Part shown: piece by piece, positions 10,888 through 20,860 of the stretch
How positions within the stretch are numbered: the stretch's first letter is position 1
How the letters are laid out: each line of letters begins with the position of its first letter
The notes under the pieces: model-generated
What the model saw: only the letters and a program-made list of their open reading frames with translations
What the model was told of the DNA's origin: nothing
Database searches by the model: none
DNA from: Nocardioides sp.
Lineage (GTDB): Bacteria; Actinomycetota; Actinomycetes; Propionibacteriales; Nocardioidaceae
Assembly (NCBI RefSeq): GCF_047607185.1
Contig: NZ_JASGDQ010000086.1
Location: 28,478-92,477, forward strand
Length of the DNA: 64,000 nt
Reading direction: 5' to 3'
Program-made: the position numbers and the translations under genes

Positions 10888-11496
10888 ATGATCGACATCG
10901 CAGTCCTGCTGACTGCCTTCGCCCTCGTCTTCGTGGCCGAGCTGCCCGACAAGACGGCGATCGCCAGCCTGGTGCTCGGCACCCGGTTCCCGTGGCGCTG
11001 GGTCTTCGCCGGCATCGCCGCCGCGTTCCTGGTCCACGTCCTGGTCGCCATCGCCGCCGGGCAACTGCTCACGCTGCTGCCGGAGCGCGCCGTCGAGATC
11101 GTGGTCGCAGTGCTGTTCCTCCTCGGCGCGGTGCTGATCTGGCGGGAGGGCATGGAGGACCCGGACGACGAGGAGGCGGCCGAGGAGGCGGCCGTGGCCG
11201 ACGTACCGGACAATGCCGGCTTCTGGAAGGTCGCCGGCCTCGGCTTCGGCGTCATCTTCGTCGCCGAGTGGGGCGACCTGACCCAGATCATGACCGCCAA
11301 CCTCGCCGCGAAGTACGACGACCCGCTCTCCGTCGGCATCGGCGCCACCCTGGGGCTGTGGGGCGTGGGGCTCATCGCCATCCTGTTCGGCAAGACGCTG
11401 CTGCGGGTGCTGCCGATGAAGTGGATCACCCGGGTCGCCGCGGTGGGGCTGGTCGGGCTGAGCATCTGGAGCATCTACCGGGTCATCAGCGGCTGA
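10888..11496 (+). CDS. TMEM165/GDT1 (UPF0016) Mn2+/Ca2+ exporter
   Basis: Two copies of the ExGDKT-type signature (AELPDKT, AEWGDLTQ) in a ~6-TM protein. Confidence 0.92.
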   Translation: MIDIAVLLTAFALVFVAELPDKTAIASLVLGTRFPWRWVFAGIAAAFLVHVLVAIAAGQLLTLLPERAVEIVVAVLFLLGAVLIWREGMEDPDDEEAAEEAAVADVPDNAGFWKVAGLGFGVIFVAEWGDLTQIMTANLAAKYDDPLSVGIGATLGLWGVGLIAILFGKTLLRVLPMKWITRVAAVGLVGLSIWSIYRVISG

Positions 11497-11544
11497 GCGC
11501 TACCGCCGGCAGGTCTCGCCCGCTGCGCTGGCCGAGCACCCGGA

Positions 11545-11593
11545 GTCACTGAGACTTGGGGGTCATTTCGCTTAGCCCCCAAGCCTCAGTGAC
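11545..11593. repeat. Intergenic palindrome between convergent genes (REP-like or bidirectional terminator), GTCACTGAG family copy 2
   Basis: 19-bp arms GTCACTGAGACTTGGGGGT (11545-11563) and GCCCCCAAGCCTCAGTGAC (11575-11593), 11-nt loop. Confidence 0.8.
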
Positions 11594-11603
11594 CGGAGTC
11601 AGC

Positions 11604-13790
11604 TCACCTCAGGTCGAACCGGTCCGCGTCCATGACCTTCGCCCAGGCGGCGGCGAAGTCCTCGACGAACTTCCGCTGGGCATCCTCGGAGGCGTAGACC
11701 TCGGCCAGCGCCCGCAGCTCCGAGTTGGAGGCGAAGACGAGGTCGTTGCGGGTGCCGGTCAGGGTCTCGCCCGACTCCGTCGTACCGGTGAAGGTCTCGT
11801 TGGAGGAGTCGGTGGCGTGCCACTCCGTGCCCAGGTCGAGCAGCTTGACGAAGAAGTCGTTGGTCAGCACGCCGACCCGGTCGGTGAAGACGCCCGCCGG
11901 CGAGTCGCCGTAGTTGTTGCCGAGGACCCGCAGGCCGCCGATGAGGACGGTCAGCTCCGGCGCGCTGAGGCCGAGCAGATTGGCCTTGTCGACCAGCACG
12001 AACTCCGAGGGCAGCAGTGAGCCCTTGCCGAGGTAGTTGCGGAAGCCGTCCATCTTCGGGCGCAGGTAGTCGAACGACTCGACGTCGGTCTGCTCCTGGG
12101 TGGCGTCGCCACGGCCGGTGGTGACCTCGACGGTAACCGGGAAGCCCGCGTCGGCGGCCGCCTTCTCCACCGCGGCGGCACCGCCGAGCACGATGGTGTC
12201 GGCCAGCGAGATGCCGAACTGCTCCTTGACCGTGGTGAGCGTGGCCAGCACCTCGGCCAGCGCGGCCGGCTCGTTGATGTCCCAGCTCTTCTGCGGCTCC
12301 AGCGCGATACGGGCGCCGTTGGCGCCACCACGCTTGTCGGAGCTACGGAAGGTCGAGGCCGAGGCCCAGGCGGTCTTGACCAGCTGCGGCACGGACAGTC
12401 CGGTCTGCAGGATCGCGGCCTTGACCGCGGCCGGGTCCGCGACCGGCTGACCGGCCGGGATCGGGTCCTGCCAGATCAGGCTCTCCGCGGGCACCTCGGC
12501 GCCGAGGTAACGGGCCTTGGGGCCCATGTCGCGGTGAGTGAGCTTGAACCACGCCCGCGCGAACGCGTCGGTGAAGGCCTGCTGGTCGTCCTTGAACCGG
12601 CGCGAGATCGCGTCCATCTCGGGGTCGACGCGCAGCGCCAGGTCGGAGGTGAGCATCCGCGGCTCACGCCGCCCGTCACCCTGTGCCTGCGGCACCATGT
12701 CGGCGCCACCGCCGTCCTTGGGACGCCACTGGTGGGCGCCGGCCGGCGACTGGAACAGCTCCCACTCGTAGGCGTAGAGGATGTGGAAGAACTCGTTGTC
12801 CCAGCGGGTCGGGTGGTAGGTCCAGGTGACCTCGAGGCCGGAGGTGATGGCGTCGATGCCCTTGCCGGAGGCGTACGACGACGTCCAGCCGAGGCCCTGC
12901 TGCTCGATCGGCGCGCCCTCCGGCTCGGGGCCGACCAGGTCGGCGTCTCCGGCGCCGTGGGTCTTGCCGAAGGTGTGGCCCCCGGCGATCAGCGCGACCG
13001 TCTCCTCGACGGTCATGCCCATCCGGCCGAAGGTCTCCTTGATGTCGACCGCGGAGGCCAGCGGGTCGGGGTTGGCGTTGGGACCCTCGGGGTTGACGTA
13101 GATGAGGCCCATCTGGACGGCCGCGAGCGGCTCCTCCAGGTCGCGCACGCCGGTGTAGCGCTTGTCGTCGAGCCACTCGGTCTCCGGACCCCAGTAGACG
13201 TCGTCGTCGGGCTCCCAGACGTCGGGTCGGCCACCGCCGAAGCCGAAGGTGGGGAAGCCCATGTCCTCGAGTGCGACGTTGCCGGCCAGGATCATCAGGT
13301 CGGCCCAGGACAACGACTTGCCGTACTTCTTCTTCACCGGCCAGAGCAGTCGGCGGGCCTTGTCGAGGTTGCCGTTGTCGGGCCAGGAGTTGAGCGGCGC
13401 GAACCGCTGCTGGCCGGTGCCGCCACCGCCGCGGCCGTCGTGGACGCGGTAGGTGCCGGCGGAGTGCCAGGCCATCCTGATGAAGAGCGGGCCGTAGTTG
13501 CCGAAGTCGGCCGGCCACCAGTCCTTGGAGTCGTGCAGCACGGCCTGGATGTCAGCCTTGACCTCGGCCAGGTCGAGACTCAGGAACGCACTCTTGTAGT
13601 CGAAGTCGGTGCCATAGGGGTCGGCGACGGCGGGGTTCTTCGCCAGGATCTTCAGGTTGAGCCGGTTAGGCCACCACTGCTGGTTGGCGTCACCCCTGGT
13701 GGGGTGGACGAGGGTGTCGTGGGCCACCGGGCATTTGGCCTCGCTCTCCTCGTTGATCTCCGCGAGCACCGCGTCATCGTGGTCAGACAT
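11604..13790 (-). CDS. katG: Catalase-peroxidase
   Basis: RMAWHSAG distal triad, [10 protein letters not shown], proximal [10 protein letters not shown]. Start at ATG 13790 (MSDHDD). Confidence 0.98.
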   Translation of the reverse strand: MSDHDDAVLAEINEESEAKCPVAHDTLVHPTRGDANQQWWPNRLNLKILAKNPAVADPYGTDFDYKSAFLSLDLAEVKADIQAVLHDSKDWWPADFGNYGPLFIRMAWHSAGTYRVHDGRGGGGTGQQRFAPLNSWPDNGNLDKARRLLWPVKKKYGKSLSWADLMILAGNVALEDMGFPTFGFGGGRPDVWEPDDDVYWGPETEWLDDKRYTGVRDLEEPLAAVQMGLIYVNPEGPNANPDPLASAVDIKETFGRMGMTVEETVALIAGGHTFGKTHGAGDADLVGPEPEGAPIEQQGLGWTSSYASGKGIDAITSGLEVTWTYHPTRWDNEFFHILYAYEWELFQSPAGAHQWRPKDGGGADMVPQAQGDGRREPRMLTSDLALRVDPEMDAISRRFKDDQQAFTDAFARAWFKLTHRDMGPKARYLGAEVPAESLIWQDPIPAGQPVADPAAVKAAILQTGLSVPQLVKTAWASASTFRSSDKRGGANGARIALEPQKSWDINEPAALAEVLATLTTVKEQFGISLADTIVLGGAAAVEKAAADAGFPVTVEVTTGRGDATQEQTDVESFDYLRPKMDGFRNYLGKGSLLPSEFVLVDKANLLGLSAPELTVLIGGLRVLGNNYGDSPAGVFTDRVGVLTNDFFVKLLDLGTEWHATDSSNETFTGTTESGETLTGTRNDLVFASNSELRALAEVYASEDAQRKFVEDFAAAWAKVMDADRFDLR

Positions 13791-13812
13791 GGGGTTTCCT
13801 TCCCATCGGGGT

Positions 13813-14241
13813 TCAATTCTTGTGGGCAAGACAATCGGGGCACAGGCCCCAGTAGATGACCTCGGCCTCGTCGATCCGGAAGCCGCTGTCGTCCGCAGCC
13901 GTCAGGCAGGGCGCCTCGCCGAGGGCGCAGTCGACATCGCCGATGGCGCCGCAGGAGCGGCACACGACGTGGTGGTGGTTGTCGCCCACCCGGGCCTCGT
14001 AGCGGGCCACCGACCCCGACGGCTGGATCCGCCGGACGAGGCCGTTGAGGGTGAGCGCACGGAGCACGTCGTAGACGGCCTGGTGGGAGACGTCGGGAAG
14101 CTCCTCCCGGACGGCGCCGAGGATGGAGTCGGTGTCGGCGTGCGGCAGCCGGTGCACGGCGCCCAGCACCGCCGTCCGGGGCCGCGTGACACGCAGTCCG
14201 GCGCCTCTCAGCATCTCCTGTAGCCGCAGCGTTCCGAGCAC
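13813..14241 (-). CDS. furA: FurA/CatR Fur-family regulator
   Basis: [27 protein letters not shown] motifs; furA-katG synteny. GTG start at 14241 chosen by analogy with mycobacterial furA. Confidence 0.95.
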   Translation of the reverse strand: MLGTLRLQEMLRGAGLRVTRPRTAVLGAVHRLPHADTDSILGAVREELPDVSHQAVYDVLRALTLNGLVRRIQPSGSVARYEARVGDNHHHVVCRSCGAIGDVDCALGEAPCLTAADDSGFRIDEAEVIYWGLCPDCLAHKN

Positions 14242-14260
14242 ACCCCAGTCATATCGGTAT

Positions 14261-14279
14261 TTCTTGAATGAATCAAGAA
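14261..14279. promoter_or_regulatory. FurA operator (AT-rich inverted repeat) over the furA promoter
   Basis: TTCTTGA-ATGAA-TCAAGAA perfect 7-5-7 palindrome overlapping a minus-strand TTGATT -35-like hexamer. Confidence 0.78.
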
Positions 14280-14374
14280 CAACTCGCCCAACGGAGCGGT
14301 CGGCCAGAGCCGTGCCCCGGCGCCGAGGCTCGCGCAGCATCGAGACCCGTGCATCGATCATCTAGGCTCCCGTC

Positions 14375-15610
14375 ATGACCACGGATGGTTCTCAGGACGC
14401 TGCGGCCGCTGCCGCCCCGGCACCGCTGGCTCCGCCGGAGCCGGCCTTCACGCTGACCGCGCCCGAGGCGCCGCAGCCCGTCGTCGAGACGCAGGCGCCC
14501 CGGATGGCACCCCAGGTCTCGCCCGAACTGGTGCCCGAGCTGGACGCCAAGGTCGACGGGTTCCTGACCGCGCTGGCCAGCCAGCCCGCCGGCAGCCCGG
14601 AGTTCGCGAAGCAGGCCGAGAGCGTGCGGACCATGGGCGACGCCGACATCCGGCGCGCCGCGGAGACCTCCAACCGGATGCTCGACCAGCCGGTCAAGGC
14701 GCTCAAGGAGGGCGGCATCTCGCAGGGCTCCTCGGTCGGCAAGACCCTGCTGGACCTGCGGCGTACCGTCGAGGACCTCGACCCCAGCAACGCCACCGGA
14801 ATGAAGAAGCTGCTGAGCAAGCTGCCCTTCGTGGACAAGGTCGAGGACTACTTCCGCAAGTACCAGAGCGCGCAGAGCCACCTCAACGGCATCCTGCACA
14901 GCCTGCGCAGCGGCCAGGACGAGCTCAGCCGCGACAATGTGGCGCTCAACCTGGAGAAGACCAACCTCTGGGAGACCATGGCCCGGCTCAACCAGTACGT
15001 CTACATCGCCGAACGACTCGACACCCGACTCTCGGCGAAGATCGCCGAGTTGGAGCTCTCCGATCCGGAGACGGCCAAGACGCTGTCCCAGGACGTGCTG
15101 TTCTACGTGCGGCAGAAGCACCAGGATCTGCTGACCCAGCTGGCGGTGTCGATCCAGAGCTATCTCGCGATCGACGTGATCATCAAGAACAACATCGAGC
15201 TCATCAAGGGCGTCGACCGGGCGACCACGACGACCGTCTCCGCGCTGCGGACCGCCGTCATCGTGGCGCAGGCGCTCGGCAACCAGAAGCTGGTGCTCGA
15301 CCAGATCACCGCCCTCAACAGCACCACGGGCGGGCTGATCCAGCGCACCTCGGAGATGCTGCGCGAGAACTCCGCCGCCGTGCAGCAGCAGGCCGCCTCC
15401 TCGACGATAGGCATGGCCGAGCTGCAGGCGGCGTTCAACAACATCTACGCCACCATGGACTCCATCGACTCCTTCAAGCTCAAGGCCCTCGACACCATGT
15501 CGACCACGATCGGCGTGCTCGAGACCGAGGTCGCCAAGTCGCGCGCCTACCTGGACCGGGTCCAGCAGCACGACCAGCGCGCCGCCTCCGGTGTCCTCGA
15601 CCTCGGTTGA
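14375..15610 (+). CDS. telA: Toxic anion resistance protein (TelA/KlaA/YaaN family)
   Basis: Helical protein with YFRKYQSAQSHLNGIL, IIKNNIELIKGVDRA, TTVSALRTAVIVAQALGNQKLVLDQITAL blocks typical of TelA; TAGGCT -10 6 nt before ATG (leaderless). Confidence 0.85.
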   Translation: MTTDGSQDAAAAAAPAPLAPPEPAFTLTAPEAPQPVVETQAPRMAPQVSPELVPELDAKVDGFLTALASQPAGSPEFAKQAESVRTMGDADIRRAAETSNRMLDQPVKALKEGGISQGSSVGKTLLDLRRTVEDLDPSNATGMKKLLSKLPFVDKVEDYFRKYQSAQSHLNGILHSLRSGQDELSRDNVALNLEKTNLWETMARLNQYVYIAERLDTRLSAKIAELELSDPETAKTLSQDVLFYVRQKHQDLLTQLAVSIQSYLAIDVIIKNNIELIKGVDRATTTTVSALRTAVIVAQALGNQKLVLDQITALNSTTGGLIQRTSEMLRENSAAVQQQAASSTIGMAELQAAFNNIYATMDSIDSFKLKALDTMSTTIGVLETEVAKSRAYLDRVQQHDQRAASGVLDLG

Positions 15611-15629
15611 GGCGGCAGGGCGTGTTCCC

Positions 15630-16142
15630 GTGGGGCTGACATCGTGGTGGCGCCGGGTGCGCGGCACCACGACCGCGCCCGAGTACGCCGTGCCGGCGGC
15701 ACCGACGGAGCGCGACGTGCTCGCGGCACTGAACCGGGTCAACGACCTGCTGCACGAGGGCGGCGCGCCGCCGGTCGTGGTCTCCCGGGTGGTCCGGATC
15801 GCGCGCACCATCCAGCAGACCCTGCCGCGGCTGCGCGACCTGGGGCTGGGCAGCCAGGAGAGCTATTCAGTGGTGGCCACCGCCACCGACTATCTGCCCG
15901 AGGCGGTCGGCGGCTATCTGCGGCTGCCCCGGGAGTGGGCCGACACCCGACCGGTCGACGGCTCGAAGACCTCGCTGATGCTGCTCGTCGAGCAGCTCGA
16001 CCTGCTCGGCGCGACCATGGACAGGATCTTCGACGCGGCCAACCGGGCCGACGCGCAAGCGCTGGTGGCGCACAGCCGGTTCCTGGAGGCCAAGTTCGGG
16101 CACACCGCGACCGGCGGGGACCTCGGGCTGGGGACGCCATGA
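15630..16142 (+). CDS. Hypothetical helical protein, probable XpaC-like TelA partner
   Basis: ATDYLPEAVGGYLRLP core and position next to telA (xpaC-yaaN pairing is known). GTG start inferred. Confidence 0.6.
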   Translation: MGLTSWWRRVRGTTTAPEYAVPAAPTERDVLAALNRVNDLLHEGGAPPVVVSRVVRIARTIQQTLPRLRDLGLGSQESYSVVATATDYLPEAVGGYLRLPREWADTRPVDGSKTSLMLLVEQLDLLGATMDRIFDAANRADAQALVAHSRFLEAKFGHTATGGDLGLGTP

Positions 16143-17530
16143 CTACGCTGGCCCAGGCGCTGATCTCGCTCGCGTCGGTGGCGGAGGCCGCCGGTGCCGA
16201 CCCGGCGCAGGCGCGGGCCGAGGGCGAGGCGCTGGCCGCCACCGTCTCGGAGCCGGCCCGGGGCGCCTACCTCGACTGGGCCGAGCAGACCGGTCGCACG
16301 CCGTCCTCCGAGACCTACTTCGAGACCGCCTCGCGGGGCCGGCGCTACCGCAGCGCCCCGACTCCGACCATGGCGGCGCTCGCGCTCGCGCGCTCCCCGC
16401 ACGCCCCGGCGTACGCCGCCGCGCTCGGCGAGGTCGCCCAGGCCGGGGCCGGGCTCGGCGAGGCCAATCCGCGCTCGCTCGGCAACGCGGCGATGGCGAG
16501 CGCCGCCCAGCTCGCGCCGCCGGACCCGGACCTCCCCCGGGTCGATGCCCGGGTCGAACAGCGCCCGGGCAGCGTGGCGACAGCGCCCGCTGCCAACCCT
16601 CCGGCTACGCCGCCCGCCGAGGAGCCGGTCGAGGAGCCGGGCAAATCGGTGGAGGAGCTGCTGGCCGAGCTCGACGCCCTTGTCGGGCTGAGGGAGGTCA
16701 AGGCCGAGATCCACCGGCAGGCCGCCGTGCTGCGGGTGGAGGGGCTGCGCCGGGCCGCCGGTCTGGACACCCCGACCATCACTCGGCACCTGGTCTTCAA
16801 CGGCAATCCGGGCACCGGCAAGACCACCGTGGCCCGGCTGGTGGCCGGCATCTACCGTGCGCTCGGCCTGCTCTCCCGAGGCCAGTTGGTCGAGGTGGAC
16901 CGCTCCGATCTGGTCGCCGGCTATCTCGGGCAGACGGCCATGAAGACCGCCGAGGTGGTCGCCTCGGCCGTCGGCGGGGTGCTCTTCATCGACGAGGCCT
17001 ACTCCTTGACCGGCGACCAGTACGGCGCCGAGGCGGTCGACACGCTCGTCAAGGAGATGGAGGACAAGCGCGAGGATCTCGTCGTCATCGTGGCCGGCTA
17101 CCCGGTCCCGATGGCCCTCTTCATCGCGCAGAACCCCGGCCTGGAGAGCCGCTTCCGCACGGTCATCGACTTCGCCGACTACAGCGACGACGAGTTGGTC
17201 GCCATCTTCGTCACTATGGCCGCCGCCGCCGACTACGACCTCGGCGAGACCGACGACGAAGCCGGGGGGACCGGCGAGACCGGCGACGCTGGCCCGAACA
17301 CCGACAACCCGGTCCTCGCCCGGCTGCGTGCCCTGCTGGCGGAGGCCGAGCGCGGCCCGACCTTCGGCAACGCCCGCTATGTCCGCAACCTGCTGGAGGC
17401 CGCCATCGGCCGGCACGCCTGGCGGCTGCGCGAGGTCGAGTCGCCCACCGTCGAGCAGCTCCGGCTGCTCACTCCCGAGGATCTCGCCGACCCCGACTCA
17501 CCCCAGCCCGAATCTCAGGAGGACACGTGA
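16139..17530 (+). CDS. SpoVK/CbbX/EccA-type AAA+ ATPase with unknown N-terminal domain
   Basis: HLVFNGNPGTGKT Walker A, VLFIDEAY Walker B, NPGLESRF arginine finger; ATGA overlap with the upstream gene. Confidence 0.92.
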   Translation: MTTLAQALISLASVAEAAGADPAQARAEGEALAATVSEPARGAYLDWAEQTGRTPSSETYFETASRGRRYRSAPTPTMAALALARSPHAPAYAAALGEVAQAGAGLGEANPRSLGNAAMASAAQLAPPDPDLPRVDARVEQRPGSVATAPAANPPATPPAEEPVEEPGKSVEELLAELDALVGLREVKAEIHRQAAVLRVEGLRRAAGLDTPTITRHLVFNGNPGTGKTTVARLVAGIYRALGLLSRGQLVEVDRSDLVAGYLGQTAMKTAEVVASAVGGVLFIDEAYSLTGDQYGAEAVDTLVKEMEDKREDLVVIVAGYPVPMALFIAQNPGLESRFRTVIDFADYSDDELVAIFVTMAAAADYDLGETDDEAGGTGETGDAGPNTDNPVLARLRALLAEAERGPTFGNARYVRNLLEAAIGRHAWRLREVESPTVEQLRLLTPEDLADPDSPQPESQEDT

Positions 17531-18789
17531 GCGTGAGCCAGGCCGCGCCGGCCGCACCGGCGCCCACCCCGCCCGGCCCAGCCAACCAGCCCACCACGCG
17601 GCAGCCGGCCGGCTTCGTGGACACGCCCGGGCAACTCGACCGCTGGCAGAGCCTCGGCATGGCGGCGGCGATCCTCTTCGGCATCCTCAGCGCCCTGATC
17701 CAGGTGCTCAGCTGGAGTTCCGACGGCCGGGCGGCCGACGACACCGAGCAACTGGTGCGGGTGCAGGAGATCCAGTCCTCGCTGCTCCGCGCCGACGCGT
17801 TGACCACCAACGCCTTCCTGGTCGGCGGACTGGAGGACGCCGACCAGCGAGCCGAGTACGACGCCTCGATGACCGAGGCACTCCAGCTGATCACCGACGC
17901 CGCGGACGCGCAGCCGGCCGACCGGGCCGCGCTGGCCGCGCTCAACGTCGAGGTGAGCGACTACACCACGGCCGTCACCCAGGCCCGCACCAACGCCCGG
18001 CAGGGCTTCCCGGTCGGCGCCGCCTATCTCACCGAGGCCGGCGACGGCCTGCGGGGAGAGGCGCTGCCGATCCTGGACAAGCTCGTCGAGGCCAACACCG
18101 ACCGGTCCGGCTCGGCGATGTCCGGCCAGCACCCGCTATGGCTGCTGGGCATCGGCGTCCTGGCCTGCGCCACGTTGTGGTGGATCAACCGTGCCCTGGC
18201 CCGGCGGTTCCACCGCCGGGTCAACGTGGGCCTCGCCGTCGCCGCCGCGATCATCGCGGTGCTGACGCTGGTCACCACGGCGCTGGCCCTCGGGCGCGCG
18301 AGCAGCAACGACGACCTGCATGCCGGCGCCTATCGCACCGCCTCGGACGCCGCGACCGCTCGCACCGCGGCCAACGACGCCAAGGCCAACGAGAGCCTGC
18401 GGCTGATCAAGCGCGGGTCCGGGCAGGCCTACGAGACGGCCTGGACGGCGTCGGTCGACAAGGTCGACGCGCTCGGCGTCGGCACCAGCGACTGGGACGC
18501 CTACCTGGCTGCCCATCAGCAGATCGTGGACCTCGACGAGGGCGACCAGTGGCGCGAGGCGGTCACCCTCGCGACCACGTCCGAGGCAGAGGGATCCACG
18601 CCCGCCCTCAACGCCTTCGACACCCATCTGGAGCAGCAGGTGGCCACCGCCGGCAGCACCGCCACCCACGAGCTGCGCAGCGGTCGCGGCGCGGCGCTGA
18701 CGATCGCCGTGCTCACCCTGCTGCTCGGCATCGTCGCCGCCGTCGCCGTCGCGCGCGGCATCGGCACCCGGCGTCAGGAGTTCTCATGA
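17527..18789 (+). CDS. GlnX-like 4-TM membrane protein with two extracytoplasmic helical domains
   Basis: Four hydrophobic segments flanking two helical loops (LLRADALTTNAFL; NESLRLIKRGSG); immediately upstream of a GlnH-like SBP and a PknG-like kinase, as in glnX-glnH-pknG. Confidence 0.75.
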   Translation: MSVSQAAPAAPAPTPPGPANQPTTRQPAGFVDTPGQLDRWQSLGMAAAILFGILSALIQVLSWSSDGRAADDTEQLVRVQEIQSSLLRADALTTNAFLVGGLEDADQRAEYDASMTEALQLITDAADAQPADRAALAALNVEVSDYTTAVTQARTNARQGFPVGAAYLTEAGDGLRGEALPILDKLVEANTDRSGSAMSGQHPLWLLGIGVLACATLWWINRALARRFHRRVNVGLAVAAAIIAVLTLVTTALALGRASSNDDLHAGAYRTASDAATARTAANDAKANESLRLIKRGSGQAYETAWTASVDKVDALGVGTSDWDAYLAAHQQIVDLDEGDQWREAVTLATTSEAEGSTPALNAFDTHLEQQVATAGSTATHELRSGRGAALTIAVLTLLLGIVAAVAVARGIGTRRQEFS

Positions 18790-19736
18790 GAATCGGATTC
18801 GCCCTCGCCGCCCTGGCCGCCGGCCTGGTGCTGGCAGCCTGCGGGTACGACGCCACCGAGGTCCCCACCCCGGCTGCGGCGGACGCCTCGCTGACTCCCG
18901 CGCAGGAGCTGAGCTGCGACAACACCGCCGACTCGGTCCGCTCCTATGCCCCGGACGGCACCACCGACGGACCCGCGCTGCAGCGCATCAAGGAGCGCGG
19001 ACGGCTGATCGTCGGCGTCTCGGCCGACACCTATCTGCTGGGCTACAGCAACCCGTTCACCGCCGAGCTGGAGGGCTTCGACATCGACATCGCCCGCCAC
19101 GTCGCGGCGGCCATCTTCGGGGTCAAGGACGGCAAGGCCGACTCCTACCTCCAACTCCGGGTGATCACCGCCGCGGAACGGGTCAGCCTGCTGGAGTCCG
19201 GCGAGATCGACATGGTCGCCCGCAATATGACCATCAACTGCGAGCGCTGGCAGCAGGTCGGCTTCTCGGCGGTCTATTACGAGGCCGGCCAGAAGGTGCT
19301 GCTGCGCGAGGACCTGGCCGCCGACTACCACGAGCCCGGCGATCTCGACGGTCACACCGTGTGCGCCCCGACCGGCACCACCAGCCTGGACAACATCCGT
19401 GAGCTGGCGTCGGCCGCCGAGGTGGTGCCGGCCACCAACCACACCGGGTGCCTGGTGCTCTTCCAGAACGGCAAGGTCGACGCGATCACCGGCGACGACG
19501 CCGTGCTGGCCGGCCTGGCCGCCCAGGACCCCTACGCCGTCGTACCGGAGCAAGAGGCCTTCACCAGCGAGCCCTACGGGCTGGCCACCAACGCCTCGGA
19601 CGTGGACCTGCTGCGCTTCGTCAACGGCGTGCTGGAGCAGATGGCCGCCGACGGCAGCTGGCAGAGCATCTACGACACGTGGCTCGCTCCGACCCTCGGC
19701 GAAGGCACCCAGCCGACGCCGCAGTACGGCCGGTGA
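18786..19736 (+). CDS. GlnH-like amino-acid-binding lipoprotein (family 3 SBP)
   Basis: Lipobox LVLAAC; GRLIVGV, EGFDIDIA, MTINCER, GKVDAITGDD, EPYG motifs. No permease or ATPase adjacent. Confidence 0.88.
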   Translation: MRIGFALAALAAGLVLAACGYDATEVPTPAAADASLTPAQELSCDNTADSVRSYAPDGTTDGPALQRIKERGRLIVGVSADTYLLGYSNPFTAELEGFDIDIARHVAAAIFGVKDGKADSYLQLRVITAAERVSLLESGEIDMVARNMTINCERWQQVGFSAVYYEAGQKVLLREDLAADYHEPGDLDGHTVCAPTGTTSLDNIRELASAAEVVPATNHTGCLVLFQNGKVDAITGDDAVLAGLAAQDPYAVVPEQEAFTSEPYGLATNASDVDLLRFVNGVLEQMAADGSWQSIYDTWLAPTLGEGTQPTPQYGR

Positions 19737-20860
19737 CCACCGCCGTGGCCGCCACGCCCGCTCCTGCTCCCCCGGGGCGACTCGGCCAGGCGCCCGAGCC
19801 CGCCGAGATCCAGCGCTATCTGGCCGAGCTCGACACCTGGCTGCGCGACCGGCGTGTCGAGCTCGACGAGCTCGACACGGCGGCGCTGGCGGCGGGGCGA
19901 GGCGGCGAGGTGGCCGGCGACATGTCCCTGGCGCTGGCGCTGTGGAAGGCGATCACCGACCGCTACCAGCTCATCTTCGCGACCTGGGACGGCGGCCGGG
20001 TGCTGACCCAGGACCGGGAGCGGATCGCCGGGCTGATCTGGGGCCGGCTCGACGGCGCCAGCGAGATGCCCGGCGGCCTGGCGGTCTCGCTGCCCGAGGC
20101 CTCCCAGCTGCTCGACGCCCTCACCGGGCAGCTGCGCAGCCGGCTCGCGCTGCTGCCGGGCGCCGCCGACGCGGCCGCCAGGGTCAAGAGCCTGCGGGCA
20201 CAGCTGGAGCGGGTCCGCGACCAGGTCGGCCTGGAGCCGGCGCTCACCCGGGACCAGGCCGTCGACCGGCTCGCGGGCCTGCTGCTGCGACTCGACGACA
20301 TCGGCGAGCGGGCCAGCCGCGGCGCCGACGTCGCCGGCCTGCTCGGGCCGCTGGAGATCGAGGCGACCACGTTCGAGCGTGACCTGATCGTCGGTAACGC
20401 CCGCCGCCGCGACGCCCGCGACCAGATCCTCTCCGCGCGCGAGCTGCGCGCGGACCTGGAGGCGCGAGCGGACGCGCTGCGCAAGCTCGCGGAGGTCTGT
20501 GTGACGACCGTCGATCCTGCTCCCAACAACGCCGTCCCCGACGTGGCGGCACTCGGACCGGTGCCGGTCACGCCGGAGGAGATCGGCCCCTACCTGCAAC
20601 GGCTCGACCGGGTCTCCCAGGCGCTGGAGGTGGCCCAGCACCGCTACGCCGACGCGCTGGCCGAGCACACCGCGCTGGTCGAGCTGCTCGACGCCTACCG
20701 CGCCAAGGCCCGAGCGCTGGGCCTGGCCGACTCCGCCGACCTGGCCGAGACCGAGCGCCTGGCCCGCGAGGTGCTGGCCCGTCGGCCGGCGCCACTGGCC
20801 GTCGCCCGGCAGCTCGTCGCCCTCTACCAGACCTGGCTCGACAAGGAGACGCCTCGATGA
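19733..20860 (+). CDS. Conserved-looking hypothetical helical/coiled-coil protein
   Basis: 4-nt overlaps at both ends; high-GC codon pattern; no motif recognised. Confidence 0.75.
   Translation: MTTAVAATPAPAPPGRLGQAPEPAEIQRYLAELDTWLRDRRVELDELDTAALAAGRGGEVAGDMSLALALWKAITDRYQLIFATWDGGRVLTQDRERIAGLIWGRLDGASEMPGGLAVSLPEASQLLDALTGQLRSRLALLPGAADAAARVKSLRAQLERVRDQVGLEPALTRDQAVDRLAGLLLRLDDIGERASRGADVAGLLGPLEIEATTFERDLIVGNARRRDARDQILSARELRADLEARADALRKLAEVCVTTVDPAPNNAVPDVAALGPVPVTPEEIGPYLQRLDRVSQALEVAQHRYADALAEHTALVELLDAYRAKARALGLADSADLAETERLAREVLARRPAPLAVARQLVALYQTWLDKETPR

Noticed and set aside
16139-17530. AAA+ as EccA of a type VII secretion system
   Set aside because: No FtsK/EccC, WXG100, mycosin or EccB/D genes nearby, and no clear TPR N-domain.
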